From a virus, in IMG/VR virus record IMGVR_UViG_3300045988_126112, positions 160,001 through 224,000 of that record: 64,000 bases of DNA; one strand, 5' to 3'. A program made the position numbers and the translations under genes. A model generated the notes under the pieces. It saw only the letters and a program-made list of their open reading frames with translations, did no database searches and was not told where the DNA came from. Position 1 is the stretch's first letter. Every line of letters starts with the position of its first letter. Shown one piece after another: positions 8,987-17,971 of the stretch.

Positions 8987-11389
8987 ATGGCTGATAAGAT
9001 TATTAAAACTTCTAATATACCTTTATTGGATAATGTAATTCACTATTTAAAAAAATTAGCATTAGAAACTGTAGTCAAAGATCAAGTATTAGCTGATTCG
9101 TATGAAACTACTGAATCAAGAAAAAACTTTGATGTATATAAAATGTGTAAATTGAATACAGTAAGATATGAATATTTTGATTATGAATATGAAGATTTAT
9201 TAGAAACTTCAGTACATCCAAGAGAAATATATGATATATTAGTTGATAAATTTAATGCTCCAGATAATATAAGAAAAGAATTATTGGAAGTTAAAAAGAA
9301 ACAAGTTATAGAAGACTATGAAGAATTAAATAATTATTATAGAATGCTATGTGGCTTACCCGATATAGGTGATACTTATAATATATATGTAAGTGAAGAT
9401 TATCTTACAGAAGATGATTATGTATTTGTAGATACATCTGTTCCAATACAATATATGTCTGAGAATGAACAAGATTTCTTATATTCTATAGGAGTTATAG
9501 ATGAATATATTAAAACTTATCCAAATAAAAAGTATTTAAACTTCTTAGGTTCTAGAAAGATAGAACCATTAACAGCTAGAATGACAAAACCTTTTGGAAT
9601 GTTATATATGCCTACAGATGGTATTCCTATGGAAGTATATAGTAGATGGATGAATAAGTTTAATGTAAATAGAGTATTTGTTTTAAAGACAATATATAAT
9701 AGTCACGCATTTATAGATGAGAATCCATATTATGAAAAGTTTATAGCAATGTTTATAATAATTCAAACTATGTTAGATATAATATCTGAGTTACCAGATT
9801 TTATAATCAAAAGAGATATATTTGATTTGGAAATGATTAAGTTGATATTTAAGTCTTATGATGTTGAATATTTCTCAAATATACCATTAAACTATCAACA
9901 AGCTATAGTAAGAAATATTAATAAGCTTATAGAGTTTAAATCCACATCTACAAGTATAATCAATATCTGTTCTTTATTTGGTTGTGATAATGTTACAGTA
10001 TTCAAGTATTATCTATTTAAAGATAGAGTAAAGAATGAAGATGGTACATTTGCTTTCAATGAAAATGAATTTGATAATTATAAATTTAAATTCATTAAAT
10101 GTCCTATAGATGAAAACATTGATGACTATATAAAGAGTAATAATAATTATTTGATATACAATGATGTTACTTTAGGAGATAAATGGTGGGATGGAGGTCT
10201 TGATCATAAATACGTAGAGAAAATGATAAAAGAACATGAATTCAATTATCTTCAATCTAAATATTTATCAGTAGACTGTGTATTTTCAATGACTGAAATA
10301 CTATTCCAATTAGTATATTTTTATAATATGATGTTTGATAATGTACGTTCAGAGGAATTACTTAGAGTTAGATTATTCAATCTAAGTAATAGATATTCAT
10401 TTAGACTTACAGATGTATTTTGTTTTTTATTTGCTCTTGGATATATTTATTATGGTTTATCCGATGATTTACTATTTGATCAGTCTAAAGTATTATATGT
10501 AAAAGGTTTTAATTTTTCTACAGATATGGAAGAATTAGCTAATTATGTAAATAGTAAATATTATACATTAGAAGACTTAGGAGTAGCTGATTTTGTTACA
10601 TTTGAAAAGAAAGATAGAATTTTTACTTATAAGCAATTAAGTGATGTGTTTATAAATAATAAGAATATATATAATCATATAGTTCATGAAATGAGACATG
10701 CTAGCAATAAAAGAATATATGATATATATAAGAAATTATTTGATTCTATGATGATAGTAGAATTGACTAGTGATTTCTTTGTTAAAAGTAATGGAGAATT
10801 AGCTAAAACATTTACAGACTACCTTGAAGATAGAGATAAAATATTATATGAAAATCTTATTGATATAAAATCTATGGAAACACAAGAAGAAAGACAACAA
10901 GCTGCTAGTACTTTAATAGATGATATTATATATGTATTAGAACATCAATATCTTACTGATGTAGCTTTTAATAAAATATATAGATGCTTTCCTACAGCAG
11001 ATGCTAATAGTATAATTGTATATATAAGAGAATTAGTAGAATTCTTTAAATCATATAAAGTACAAATAGACCAAATGAATATTATATATTTATTAGATGA
11101 TGAATATGAAAACTGGTGTGGAGCTATAGATGATGTATTAATAAAAGTTAATATGAGTCCAAGTTCTTGTCAAAATGGAAAAGAATATGCTAAAATACAT
11201 GATTCTATGATTCCTAAACAAGAAAACAATGTTGTTGAAGAATTATTTATCAAGTCTGATTGGATGAAAAATAGACCTATATATGATAATGGTTCACCTA
11301 AAGAAGTTAAAACTACAAAAACTATATTTAGACCTATTGATGGTCATATTCCACAAGAGTTGGTAAGTATAATAGAAACATATAATTAA
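8987..11389 (+). CDS. large hypothetical protein (800 aa), possibly structural
   Basis: AAGGAGGG RBS; uninterrupted 800-aa ORF; no recognisable motif. Confidence 0.7.
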   Translation: MADKIIKTSNIPLLDNVIHYLKKLALETVVKDQVLADSYETTESRKNFDVYKMCKLNTVRYEYFDYEYEDLLETSVHPREIYDILVDKFNAPDNIRKELLEVKKKQVIEDYEELNNYYRMLCGLPDIGDTYNIYVSEDYLTEDDYVFVDTSVPIQYMSENEQDFLYSIGVIDEYIKTYPNKKYLNFLGSRKIEPLTARMTKPFGMLYMPTDGIPMEVYSRWMNKFNVNRVFVLKTIYNSHAFIDENPYYEKFIAMFIIIQTMLDIISELPDFIIKRDIFDLEMIKLIFKSYDVEYFSNIPLNYQQAIVRNINKLIEFKSTSTSIINICSLFGCDNVTVFKYYLFKDRVKNEDGTFAFNENEFDNYKFKFIKCPIDENIDDYIKSNNNYLIYNDVTLGDKWWDGGLDHKYVEKMIKEHEFNYLQSKYLSVDCVFSMTEILFQLVYFYNMMFDNVRSEELLRVRLFNLSNRYSFRLTDVFCFLFALGYIYYGLSDDLLFDQSKVLYVKGFNFSTDMEELANYVNSKYYTLEDLGVADFVTFEKKDRIFTYKQLSDVFINNKNIYNHIVHEMRHASNKRIYDIYKKLFDSMMIVELTSDFFVKSNGELAKTFTDYLEDRDKILYENLIDIKSMETQEERQQAASTLIDDIIYVLEHQYLTDVAFNKIYRCFPTADANSIIVYIRELVEFFKSYKVQIDQMNIIYLLDDEYENWCGAIDDVLIKVNMSPSSCQNGKEYAKIHDSMIPKQENNVVEELFIKSDWMKNRPIYDNGSPKEVKTTKTIFRPIDGHIPQELVSIIETYN

Positions 11390-11406
11390 AAAAGGGAGGT
11401 ATAGGA

Positions 11407-12234
11407 ATGAATAAACAAAGAATAGTATACGATAGAACTGCATTAAAAGGAGAAGAAGAAGTTCAAATTAAAAAGAAAAAAGGTGGTTATGTAACTGCTA
11501 TAAATCATGAAACTGGTGAAGTTATATTTAAACAACTTCCAAATATGATAACTACAGCTGGTTCGGCTTTCGCTGCAGCTAAAATATGGAATATTACTCC
11601 AGATATATGGACTCCAACTTATAATAACTATTTAGGATTAGACCATACAGTTAACGAACCATATCCAAATCCAGGAGTAAGAGCAGAAGAAAAAGTATTT
11701 TTATTTGCTGTTGGTATAGACGGATGTGGTGCTGAAGCAAGTCAAGTATTTAAAGTAGACCCAACTAAATGGATAAATAGAGATAACTTAATTCCATTTA
11801 GATATGTAAATACTAATAACGATTTAGGAGATGAAATGAGAGAAAAATATTTCGGTAAGAAAACATTAGCTAACGGTAAAACAGCATATTACTTTAAAGC
11901 TTTTGATACCGAACCAATATTTGTTCAACAATATTCAGATGGAACTCCAATAGGAACAGACATATATGACAATACAAGAAAAGATGAAGTAGAAAACTAT
12001 ATAGAATTAAGAATGTCTATAACTAAAGAAGATTGTAGAGATTTCTTTATATCTACTGTAGGTATACAATCAGCTAAAATTAATTCTATATCATTACTTA
12101 CTGCATGGAAAAAAGTAATAGATGGATATGTATATTATCAAGATATAAGACCATATACTAAATATAATTTTAGTAATGAACATCTTATAGAAATATCTAA
12201 AGGTATAGACTTTATATATCAATTATATTATTAA
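11407..12234 (+). CDS. hypothetical protein
   Basis: AGGGAGG RBS; 275 aa, co-oriented with 8987. Confidence 0.7.
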   Translation: MNKQRIVYDRTALKGEEEVQIKKKKGGYVTAINHETGEVIFKQLPNMITTAGSAFAAAKIWNITPDIWTPTYNNYLGLDHTVNEPYPNPGVRAEEKVFLFAVGIDGCGAEASQVFKVDPTKWINRDNLIPFRYVNTNNDLGDEMREKYFGKKTLANGKTAYYFKAFDTEPIFVQQYSDGTPIGTDIYDNTRKDEVENYIELRMSITKEDCRDFFISTVGIQSAKINSISLLTAWKKVIDGYVYYQDIRPYTKYNFSNEHLIEISKGIDFIYQLYY

Positions 12235-12244
12235 ATATATCTTA

Positions 12245-12330
12245 ATAGGAGTGATGTCGGATATGCATACTATGCATATCCGACATTTAACCTCTTTAGT
12301 ATTAATTAGAAATAGTTGATAATTAGTAAT
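12245..12330 (+). repeat. Bro-cassette boundary repeat R1 (hairpin + conserved tail)
   Basis: AATAGGAGTG, palindrome GTCGGATATGCATA/TATGCATATCCGAC, then TTAACC.CTTTAG.ATTAATTAGAAAT; shared with R2 and R3. Confidence 0.6.
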
Positions 12331-12406
12331 TATTAATTCAATTATATACTATATTTATGATATCAAATAGATATCAAAAAATAATTAATATTAGGAGGAA
12401 TGAATT

Positions 12407-13053
12407 ATGAACGAATTAATATTTAATTTTGAAGGACATGGAGTAGAGGTAATTAATTTTAATGGGCAAACTTTATTTAATCCATATGATGTGGGTAGAT
12501 GTTTAGATTTATCAGGAAGTACAGTAAGAATGCATATATAAGGTATGAATCAAAATCAAGTTATTAAACTAAAAAATTCAAATATAGTTTGCACAAACAT
12601 TAGAAAATTAAATAACACAGGTGAAAATTTCTTAACTGAAGCTGGAGTATACACTATGATAACCAATTGTCATTGCTGCCAAGAGAAAAAACAAAAAGTT
12701 TTATTAGCTTTAGGATTTGAAGGTAAAATCATATTAACTTCAAGAAAAGAACCAGAATTTATAAACCAACTAGAACAAGCATTAGAGCCTTTTAATATAA
12801 AGGGTATACAACAATATCAAGTATTAAATTATAGAATAGACTATTACATTCCAAGTCTCAATATTGCTATAGAATATGATGAGAATGGACATGACCATTA
12901 TACCTATGAAAACCATGAACTTAGACAATTGGAAATAGAAGAAAACTAGGGTGTAAGTTTATAAGGGTAACAGATAAAAATGAAGATTCTTACAATATTG
13001 GATTAGTATTAAAACAATTATTTGATAAAAATTGGATAAATATTATAATGTAG
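12407..13053 (+). pseudogene. decayed Bro-N domain + PD-(D/E)XK (Vsr/DUF559-like) nuclease gene
   Basis: MNELIFNFEGH..NFLTEAGVY parallels intact paralog at 13423; in-frame TAA at 12539; YRIDYY..AIEYDENGH continues as LGCKFIRV only after a -1 shift near 12947. Confidence 0.65.
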
Positions 13054-13094
13054 ATTTTGTAAATCGAGTATTTCTAATGTTGTGATTCTATCTA

Positions 13095-13180
13095 AATAGG
13101 AGTGTTGTTAAAAGTGCATACTATGCAGTTTTAACGATTAACCACTTTAGCATTAATTAGAGATTTTTGATAAAAGTAAT
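13095..13180 (+). repeat. Bro-cassette boundary repeat R2 (orphan copy)
   Basis: AATAGGAGTG + GTTAAAAGTGCAT/ATGCAGTTTTAAC hairpin + GATTAACCACTTTAGCATTAATTAGAGAT. Confidence 0.6.
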
Positions 13181-13246
13181 AAAAATAGTAAATTTTATAA
13201 TACACATATTTGCAAATTGGATATTTTTGATATTCTAATTATATGT

Positions 13247-13340
13247 AGATAGAAGTACTGTCGCAGGGAATAAGTTTCCCATCCGACGATTAACCATTTT
13301 AGCATTAATTAGAAATATTTTGATAATTAATAATTTTTCA
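13247..13340 (+). repeat. Bro-cassette boundary repeat R3
   Basis: GTCG..GGGAA-taag-TTTCCC..CGAC hairpin + GATTAACCATTTTAGCATTAATTAGAAAT. Confidence 0.6.
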
Positions 13341-13360
13341 TTTTTAAAAATTAGTTCAAC

Positions 13361-13371
13361 CATATATTATA
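13361..13371 (+). promoter_or_regulatory. early-class promoter-like motif CATATATTATA
   Basis: Followed by TGATATC-aaata-GGTATCA hairpin and RBS; same layout at 12342 before the pseudogene. Confidence 0.5.
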
Positions 13372-13422
13372 CCTATGATATCAAATAGGTATCAAAATAA
13401 TTATATTAGGAGGAATAAGAAT

Positions 13423-14187
13423 ATGAACATACTATTTAATTTCGAAGGGCATGAAGTAGAAATAATTAATTTTAATGGAGAAGGATTATTTAATCCAAGA
13501 CATATTGGTGAATGTTTAGAATTAACAGAAAGTGCAGTTAGAAAAGCAATGGAAAAAATGACTCAAAATCAAGCTATAAAACTAACAAATTCAGATATTA
13601 ATGGTACTAATATTAGAAAATTAAATAACGCAGGTGAAAATTTCTTAAAGGAAGCTGGTGTTTATAAACTTATATTTAAATCAAATAAACCAGCAGCAGA
13701 AAGATTCCAAAACTGGCTAGCAGAAGAAGTATTACCTAGAATAAGACAATATGGAGCTTATATTCCAGGTAATACACCAGAACAAATTATTGGAAATGGT
13801 ATATCTGCTATGAGTGGAATGATACCATTACATGACCATTATGATAGAATAAATTATTATTTAGAAAGAGATAAAAAATTTGTAGAAAGAGATAATAGAT
13901 TTTATTTAGATAGATTTAAAGGATTGAAAAAAGATATTATTTATGACGGAGGAGCTATATTTAATTATGTTGTAGATAAAGATATGTTGCTTTCTGTATT
14001 TAAGAATGATGAAGAACTCAATAAATTTTTAATAAATTTAGGATTTATAGTTAGAGGTAATGGTGGTAAATATTTACTAGATATAGAAAGAATTAGAAGT
14101 TTAAAACCACTTTCACTAACATATAAAGGTTTAGTAGAATTATGCTACGCTATAGATAATCCTGGAGAAATAAATTTCCATTTTTAA
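13423..14187 (+). CDS. Bro-N domain protein (antirepressor-like) with KilAC-like C-terminal domain
   Basis: FNFEGHEVEIINFNGEGLFN..ENFLKEAGVYKLIFKS..AERFQNWLAEEVLPRIRQYG fits Bro-N; AGGAGG 8 nt before ATG 13423. Confidence 0.75.
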   Translation: MNILFNFEGHEVEIINFNGEGLFNPRHIGECLELTESAVRKAMEKMTQNQAIKLTNSDINGTNIRKLNNAGENFLKEAGVYKLIFKSNKPAAERFQNWLAEEVLPRIRQYGAYIPGNTPEQIIGNGISAMSGMIPLHDHYDRINYYLERDKKFVERDNRFYLDRFKGLKKDIIYDGGAIFNYVVDKDMLLSVFKNDEELNKFLINLGFIVRGNGGKYLLDIERIRSLKPLSLTYKGLVELCYAIDNPGEINFHF

Positions 14188-14202
14188 AATAAAATTGATT
14201 CT

Positions 14203-14212
14203 GTATATTATA
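14203..14212 (+). promoter_or_regulatory. early-class promoter-like motif GTATATTATA
   Basis: Same context (..TATCTATGATAT..) as the 13361 copy. Confidence 0.4.
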
Positions 14213-14258
14213 TCTATGATATTCAAAATATTTTAATAAAAACTAGGAGGTATATATT

Positions 14259-14762
14259 ATGAATAACTTATATAACAATAAAGAGGATAAAGCAGAAAGA
14301 TTTTTAGATTGGATAGCAGAAGTAGTGTTACCTACTATAAAAAATGGAGGTTCAACTCCAGAAGAAATTACTGGAAATGGTATATCTGCTATGAGTGGAA
14401 TGATACCATTACAAGAATATTATGATGAAGTAAATTATCATTTAAAAAAAATTAATGAATCAATGGAGTTTTATAATAAAGTATACTTTGATAGATTTAG
14501 AGATTTAGAAAGAGATGGTATATATACAATAGATGATGTGTATAATTTTGTTTTAGATAAAAATAAATATAATTTTATGAGCGATGAAGAATTAAATAAG
14601 CTTTTAATAAATTTAGGATTTTTATGTATTGATCAAGCTGGTCATTATCATACAAATGCAGAAAAGGTTATAAGTTTAAAACCATTGACATTAACATTAA
14701 GAGGTTTAATAGAATTAAGCTATGCTATAGACAATCCTGGTGATATATACTTCCATTTTTAA
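14259..14762 (+). CDS. N-terminally truncated paralog of 13423 (Bro-N tail + same C-terminal domain)
   Basis: AERFLDWIAEVVLPTI and C-terminal LINLGF..SLKPLTLTLRGLIELSYAIDNPGDIYFHF align with 13423 product. Confidence 0.7.
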   Translation: MNNLYNNKEDKAERFLDWIAEVVLPTIKNGGSTPEEITGNGISAMSGMIPLQEYYDEVNYHLKKINESMEFYNKVYFDRFRDLERDGIYTIDDVYNFVLDKNKYNFMSDEELNKLLINLGFLCIDQAGHYHTNAEKVISLKPLTLTLRGLIELSYAIDNPGDIYFHF

Positions 14763-14782
14763 AGTAAAGTTTTAGCTATAGT

Positions 14783-14810
14783 TTCGGATGTCCGTTAACG
14801 GACATCCGAA
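14783..14810 (+). terminator. GC-rich perfect palindrome closing the Bro array (R-family hairpin)
   Basis: TTCGGATGTCCGTT/AACGGACATCCGAA; 3' arm ..ATCCGA as in R1 and R3; only TTT follows. Confidence 0.45.
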
Positions 14811-14887
14811 TTTGTTACTTATATTTATTTTTTGTTTTTAAGCGTTTATAACTAAATAATAAATTTATATATGAAAGGAAGGTTAAT

Positions 14888-15265
14888 ATGGAAGATAAAG
14901 TACTAGATAAAGCTTGGGAAAAAAATTTTAATAAGGCTAAAAAGCATTATCAACAATATGGAAATTTGGATATAGAGGATAAGAATATTCAAATATGGTT
15001 AAAGAAACAGAGATTTTTATATAAGAATGGTAAATTAGATTTTAATAAGGCTGTTCTTTTAACTTCATTAGATATAGATTGGTTTCCAGAAAAGAAAGAA
15101 TATGCTAAAATGCTAGATACTTTAGAGGATATGACAGCAGATGAAATACAAGAAAGTATTGAATATCAACAACTCTACAATGTATCTAATAATGAAAATT
15201 ATTTAGATATAAGAGAAAGATTAATGTCGATACTTAATAGAAAGTTGGCGTTAAATAATGGTTAA
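14888..15265 (+). CDS. helicase-associated (HA) domain protein
   Basis: W-x-FNKAKKHYQQYGNLDI..IQIWLKKQRFLYKNGKL..LTSLDIDW fits one HA-domain repeat. Confidence 0.55.
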   Translation: MEDKVLDKAWEKNFNKAKKHYQQYGNLDIEDKNIQIWLKKQRFLYKNGKLDFNKAVLLTSLDIDWFPEKKEYAKMLDTLEDMTADEIQESIEYQQLYNVSNNENYLDIRERLMSILNRKLALNNG

Positions 15266-15563
15266 AAAGAAGAGAGTTACAGTAAGAGTATCATTAGATA
15301 ATAATATAGATATCATTTATTTTGAAAGAGATGGCAAAGGTGATATTATAGAAAAAAAAGATAACTTCGTAGCAGAAGATATAGTATCTTGTATTACAGA
15401 ATTATATGTTTTACATGTATTAAAGCAACAAGATTTTATAGAAGATATGATATTAGTTTTCTCAGAAGCAGATTTCTATGTTAATGAAATATTTAAATTA
15501 GGTATAGTGATAGGATCCTTATCTTGTAACTTAGGTGAAGACATAAAGATAGAATTAATATAA
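15258..15563 (+). CDS. hypothetical protein
   Basis: ATG overlaps upstream gene end; 101 aa. Confidence 0.6.
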   Translation: MVKKKRVTVRVSLDNNIDIIYFERDGKGDIIEKKDNFVAEDIVSCITELYVLHVLKQQDFIEDMILVFSEADFYVNEIFKLGIVIGSLSCNLGEDIKIELI

Positions 15564-15569
15564 TAATAT

Positions 15570-15605
15570 GCCTGATGTAGTTAAGTCTGCATCAGGCTAA
15601 TTTTT
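15570..15605 (+). terminator. intrinsic terminator
   Basis: GCCTGATG...CATCAGGC + TAATTTTT. Confidence 0.7.
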
Positions 15606-15619
15606 AAGGAGATGATATA

Positions 15620-16849
15620 ATGGCTACAACTACTAAAAAGATAAACAGAATTACTAATGAAAAAGATGTTGATATGTTTCTTAATCTTAAAGAAGAAGAT
15701 ATTACATCATCATTTATAATGGAAAATTTTGCACAGTTTAATGGTAATCCACCAAAATTTAATGTGTATGATGAAATAGTTATTCCTAAAGGAGCTTATG
15801 GCTTAGGAGATATTAAAAATACACAATCATTTACAACTACATTAGGTGCTTGGGTATTTAATAAATTCTTTATAGAAAAGGATTTGATTCATATATTTGG
15901 ATATGAAACTAATGCTATAAGCGATAAATATTATGGTAAAATGAATAAGAAACTATCTTATGCTTTATTAGAAGATGATATTACTTTAGACCAATTAAAA
16001 CATTTCTTAATGAAAACACAACAATTTATGCCTTACGTTTCTATACTATCTCCAAGTGTAACTATGAAACTTTTACTATGTGATAAAGTTATAGCTAAAG
16101 AAAAGGAAAGATTAGTTAGACTTCATAAAGCTGAAATAGATGCAGGAAATGAAATTGTTACTGAACAAATTGAAAAAGAATTATTAAAATTTGCTCAAGA
16201 ATATCTTGAAGGTGATGATTCAATGGAATGTTATGATTCTGGGGCACGTATGAAATTAGGTAACCACTTTAAAAATATGAATGTTATGAGGGGTGCTGCT
16301 AAAGATCCAGACCCAGATAAAGGATATAATATAATGCTTTCAAATTATATGAGTGGTATAACAGCTGAAGACTATGCTAAATTATGTAATACAATGGCTG
16401 CTGGTCCATATTCTAGAGGTAAGAAAACAGCTATAGGTGGATATTGGGAAAAGCTATTCGTATCTGCATTCCAACATCTTAGATTAGATCCTCCTGGTTC
16501 AGATTGTGGAACTAAAGATACATTAACTATAAAACTTAATAATCCAGAAGACTATATTTATTCTTATATAGTAGAGAATGGTAAATTAGTTGAATTAACT
16601 TCAAAAAATATGGATAAGTATAAAGGTAAAACTGTTAAAATGAGATTCTCATCTTTATGTAAATCTAAAACAGGTTTCTGTAATCATTGTGCAGGAAATC
16701 TATTCTATAGAATAGGTGGCTTTGAAAATATAGGTGTAGCATTAGCACTTATCCCATCTATATTAAAGAATACTTCAATGAAAGCTTTCCATGATAGTAC
16801 TGTAAAAATGGTAGAAATAGATATTGAACATGCTTTTGGTCAAGATTAA
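15620..16849 (+). CDS. multisubunit RNAP beta-prime-like fragment (regions E-G, ends inside the trigger loop)
   Basis: TTTLGAWVFN; SGARMKLGN..VMRGAAKDP..NYMSGIT; bridge-helix-like SRGKKTAIGGYWEKL; CNHCAG then GVALALIPSI..MKAFH; stop 17 aa later. Confidence 0.75.
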   Translation: MATTTKKINRITNEKDVDMFLNLKEEDITSSFIMENFAQFNGNPPKFNVYDEIVIPKGAYGLGDIKNTQSFTTTLGAWVFNKFFIEKDLIHIFGYETNAISDKYYGKMNKKLSYALLEDDITLDQLKHFLMKTQQFMPYVSILSPSVTMKLLLCDKVIAKEKERLVRLHKAEIDAGNEIVTEQIEKELLKFAQEYLEGDDSMECYDSGARMKLGNHFKNMNVMRGAAKDPDPDKGYNIMLSNYMSGITAEDYAKLCNTMAAGPYSRGKKTAIGGYWEKLFVSAFQHLRLDPPGSDCGTKDTLTIKLNNPEDYIYSYIVENGKLVELTSKNMDKYKGKTVKMRFSSLCKSKTGFCNHCAGNLFYRIGGFENIGVALALIPSILKNTSMKAFHDSTVKMVEIDIEHAFGQD

Positions 16850-16923
16850 CATATATTAAAGGGATTAAAAGATGGAGTTGAGTAAATATCTCAGCTCCAA
16901 AAAATTTACAAGGAGTGAGTGTT

Positions 16924-17877
16924 ATGATTAAAAAACTATTTTTAGTGCTTAAATCTCTTAATACCATGATATTTAAGAAGAAAAAAGATATTGCATCAGA
17001 TAATAATCCTCCAGAAACAAATGATGATGCAATAATAGACGGTGATAAGATTTTAGAAGAAAAGAAAAAAGAAGAAGCAGCTAAGGAAGAAGAAGCTAAA
17101 GAAACAGAAGAAACAATAGAAGATGAACCAGATTTAGAAGACATGAATAAAACTGGAATTGTTACTGCTACAGCTTTATATGTTAGAGATGGTCCATCTA
17201 AAGATTATAGCATCTTAGGTTGTGTATTGGAAAATGATAAGGTAAATATTATTGGAAGAAATAAAGCAACTGGATGGTATAAAATTGAGTTTAAAGAAAC
17301 ATTTGGATATGTATCAAGCAAATATGTATTTACAGCAACTATATCTACTGTAAATAATTTAAAGTATGGTAAAGGCTGTGAAGAAATAGATGAAGTTGTA
17401 GGATCACACAAATGTTGTTTTAAATTTAATCAAGCTGTATTAACTCAATATGCTGGAGATGAAGTTGGTTCATATGGTAAATTAATATATGATCATCATT
17501 GTGCTGCACATAATTTACCTTATGGAACTTTAGTATATATTCCTATGCTTAAAGGAGTAGTAAATAATACAGGATTATTTACTGTAATGGATACTGGAGG
17601 GCATGGCATGGATTTTGATATCTATACTAAAAAAGACATAGGCAAAATAAATGGTGATGTATATGTAGTATCTTGGGGAACTGGACCAATAGCATGGTCT
17701 TTTACTCAAGCTATAGAATATTATATTAGAACTAAGAAAGTTGAGAGATTTAATTCAGCTTGGAATCTATATAATAGAATGAATGGATGTACTATAAACT
17801 TCTGGAAATATAAAACTGACGACCGTAATATTACTTCAAAATCATGGTATAGTAAAACTAATATTAAACAACCATAG
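16924..17877 (+). CDS. SH3b + 3D-domain (MltA/YuiC-like) cell-wall hydrolase
   Basis: SH3b string ALYVRDGPSKDYSILG..GWYKIEF..GYVSSKYV; 3D-like LPYGTLVYIP..FTVMDTGGHGMDFDIY; AGGAG before ATG 16924. Confidence 0.65.
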   Translation: MIKKLFLVLKSLNTMIFKKKKDIASDNNPPETNDDAIIDGDKILEEKKKEEAAKEEEAKETEETIEDEPDLEDMNKTGIVTATALYVRDGPSKDYSILGCVLENDKVNIIGRNKATGWYKIEFKETFGYVSSKYVFTATISTVNNLKYGKGCEEIDEVVGSHKCCFKFNQAVLTQYAGDEVGSYGKLIYDHHCAAHNLPYGTLVYIPMLKGVVNNTGLFTVMDTGGHGMDFDIYTKKDIGKINGDVYVVSWGTGPIAWSFTQAIEYYIRTKKVERFNSAWNLYNRMNGCTINFWKYKTDDRNITSKSWYSKTNIKQP

Positions 17878-17900
17878 AGAAATCTATGGTTGTTTTTATT
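17870..17900 (+). terminator. intrinsic terminator
   Basis: AACCATAGA-gaaa-TCTATGGTT + GTTTTTATTT, overlapping the stop codon. Confidence 0.7.
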
Positions 17901-17922
17901 TGTAATTGTAAAATAAAATAAT

Positions 17923-17933
17923 CATATATTATA
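17923..17933 (+). promoter_or_regulatory. early-class promoter-like motif CATATATTATA
   Basis: About 40 nt before ATG 17972. Confidence 0.5.
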
Positions 17934-17971
17934 AACATGTACTATAATAAAATAAAAAGGGGGATGTATTT

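Noticed and set aside
12539-12949. Stop-codon reassignment (TAA or TAG read as sense) to explain the interrupted Bro gene.
   Set aside because: TAA and TAG terminate the other genes cleanly next to terminators. The second lesion requires a frame change, not readthrough.
12235-13425. Idea that the R repeats and Bro-nuclease ORF form a group I intron with a homing endonuclease.
   Set aside because: The flanking genes (11407-12234 and 13423-14187) are complete and unrelated, so there is no split host gene. I could not trace P3-P9-type pairings by eye. An Rfam scan would settle it.
16874-16898. Hairpin GGAGTTGAG...CTCAGCTCC after the short beta-prime fragment, as a terminator.
   Set aside because: It is followed by an A-run, not a T-run, on the coding strand. 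It may still pause or stop the phage RNAP, but this cannot be called from sequence.
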